A DNA stretch of 64,000 bases, from assembly GCA_021613535.1 (NCBI GenBank), contig CP075492.1:1488001-1552000 (forward strand). Reading direction: 5' to 3'. The notes under the pieces were generated by a model. That model was not told where the DNA came from. It saw only the letters and a list, made by a program, of their open reading frames with translations, and searched no databases. Position numbers and translations under genes: made by a program. Positions 63,654-64,000 of this stretch are shown here, piece by piece (position 1 is the first letter of the stretch; every line of letters starts with the position of its first letter). The stretch comes from Adineta vaga (lineage: Eukaryota; Animalia; Rotifera).

Positions 63654-64000
63654 GTTATATGGTAATATTTTATACCTACTCGTTTCTTCTTTCGAATTGT
63701 TGTATTTTTAGTTCATCTTATAGTTACCTTGGACACATTTCTAGTATTGTTTTGGGGTGTATGTGCTCTTGTCTGTTCTCTCCTTGATCGTGTAGCATGT
63801 GGGATAGTAATCTTTTTATCTCACTTCACGTCTTCTCTCGTTCAGTTTTCATATACGTTCTGCTTTATACAGAGACTCGAGAGCGCATCTCAATTAGACG
63901 GGGAGGTGTGCCAAGAAAACAGACAAACATCCTTTCATATAACACTCCCTGGTTATCTATTTTGATAATACGTAATCTTTTATTACCCTAGTTCATATTT

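Larger units (their letters stand above)
60333..64000 (+). mobile_element. Decayed Ty3/Gypsy LTR retrotransposon: LTR, PBS, gag and protease remnants, RT, RNase H, env-like remnant, PPT, start of 3' LTR
   Basis: LTR-like segment with TATA (~60657) ends GTCACA at 60739, followed by a TGG-initiated PBS-like sequence. Protease-like SIDTDS at ~61543. RT 61682-62731, RNase H 62784-63080. PPT AGACGGGGAGG, then TGTG at 63907. The 5' boundary is approximate. Confidence 0.9.

Overview
AT-rich eukaryotic DNA with short GT-AG introns. The gene content (rhodopsin-type GPCR expansions, NHL/Kelch propeller proteins, F-box/LRR, fungal-like enzymes, env-bearing Gypsy element) points to a bdelloid rotifer (inference). 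The most striking locus is 6420-13235: three tandem ~1.25-kb exons joined by phase-1 introns, each encoding a TM / Cys-rich ectodomain / TM module. Their framework is nearly identical at DNA level, while two aligned, indel-free blocks are hypervariable and shared in a mosaic pattern, like a diversified recognition receptor. Two more relatives lie at 1-930 (decayed) and 57190-58961. Candidate horizontally acquired genes include an Ole1-type desaturase-cytochrome b5 fusion, an ICMT/PEMT-type methyltransferase, a secreted aldo-keto reductase, an R3H plus polymerase-palm-like protein and a small His-rich toxin-tip-like ORF. The window also holds four GPCRs, TLC, fuseless, PLB1-like and NHL genes, several pseudogenes, a MITE family with telomere-repeat-like ends, a solo LTR nested in one of these MITEs, three long foldback elements and a decayed Gypsy retrotransposon. 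All calls come from reading the sequence by eye; no database search was run.
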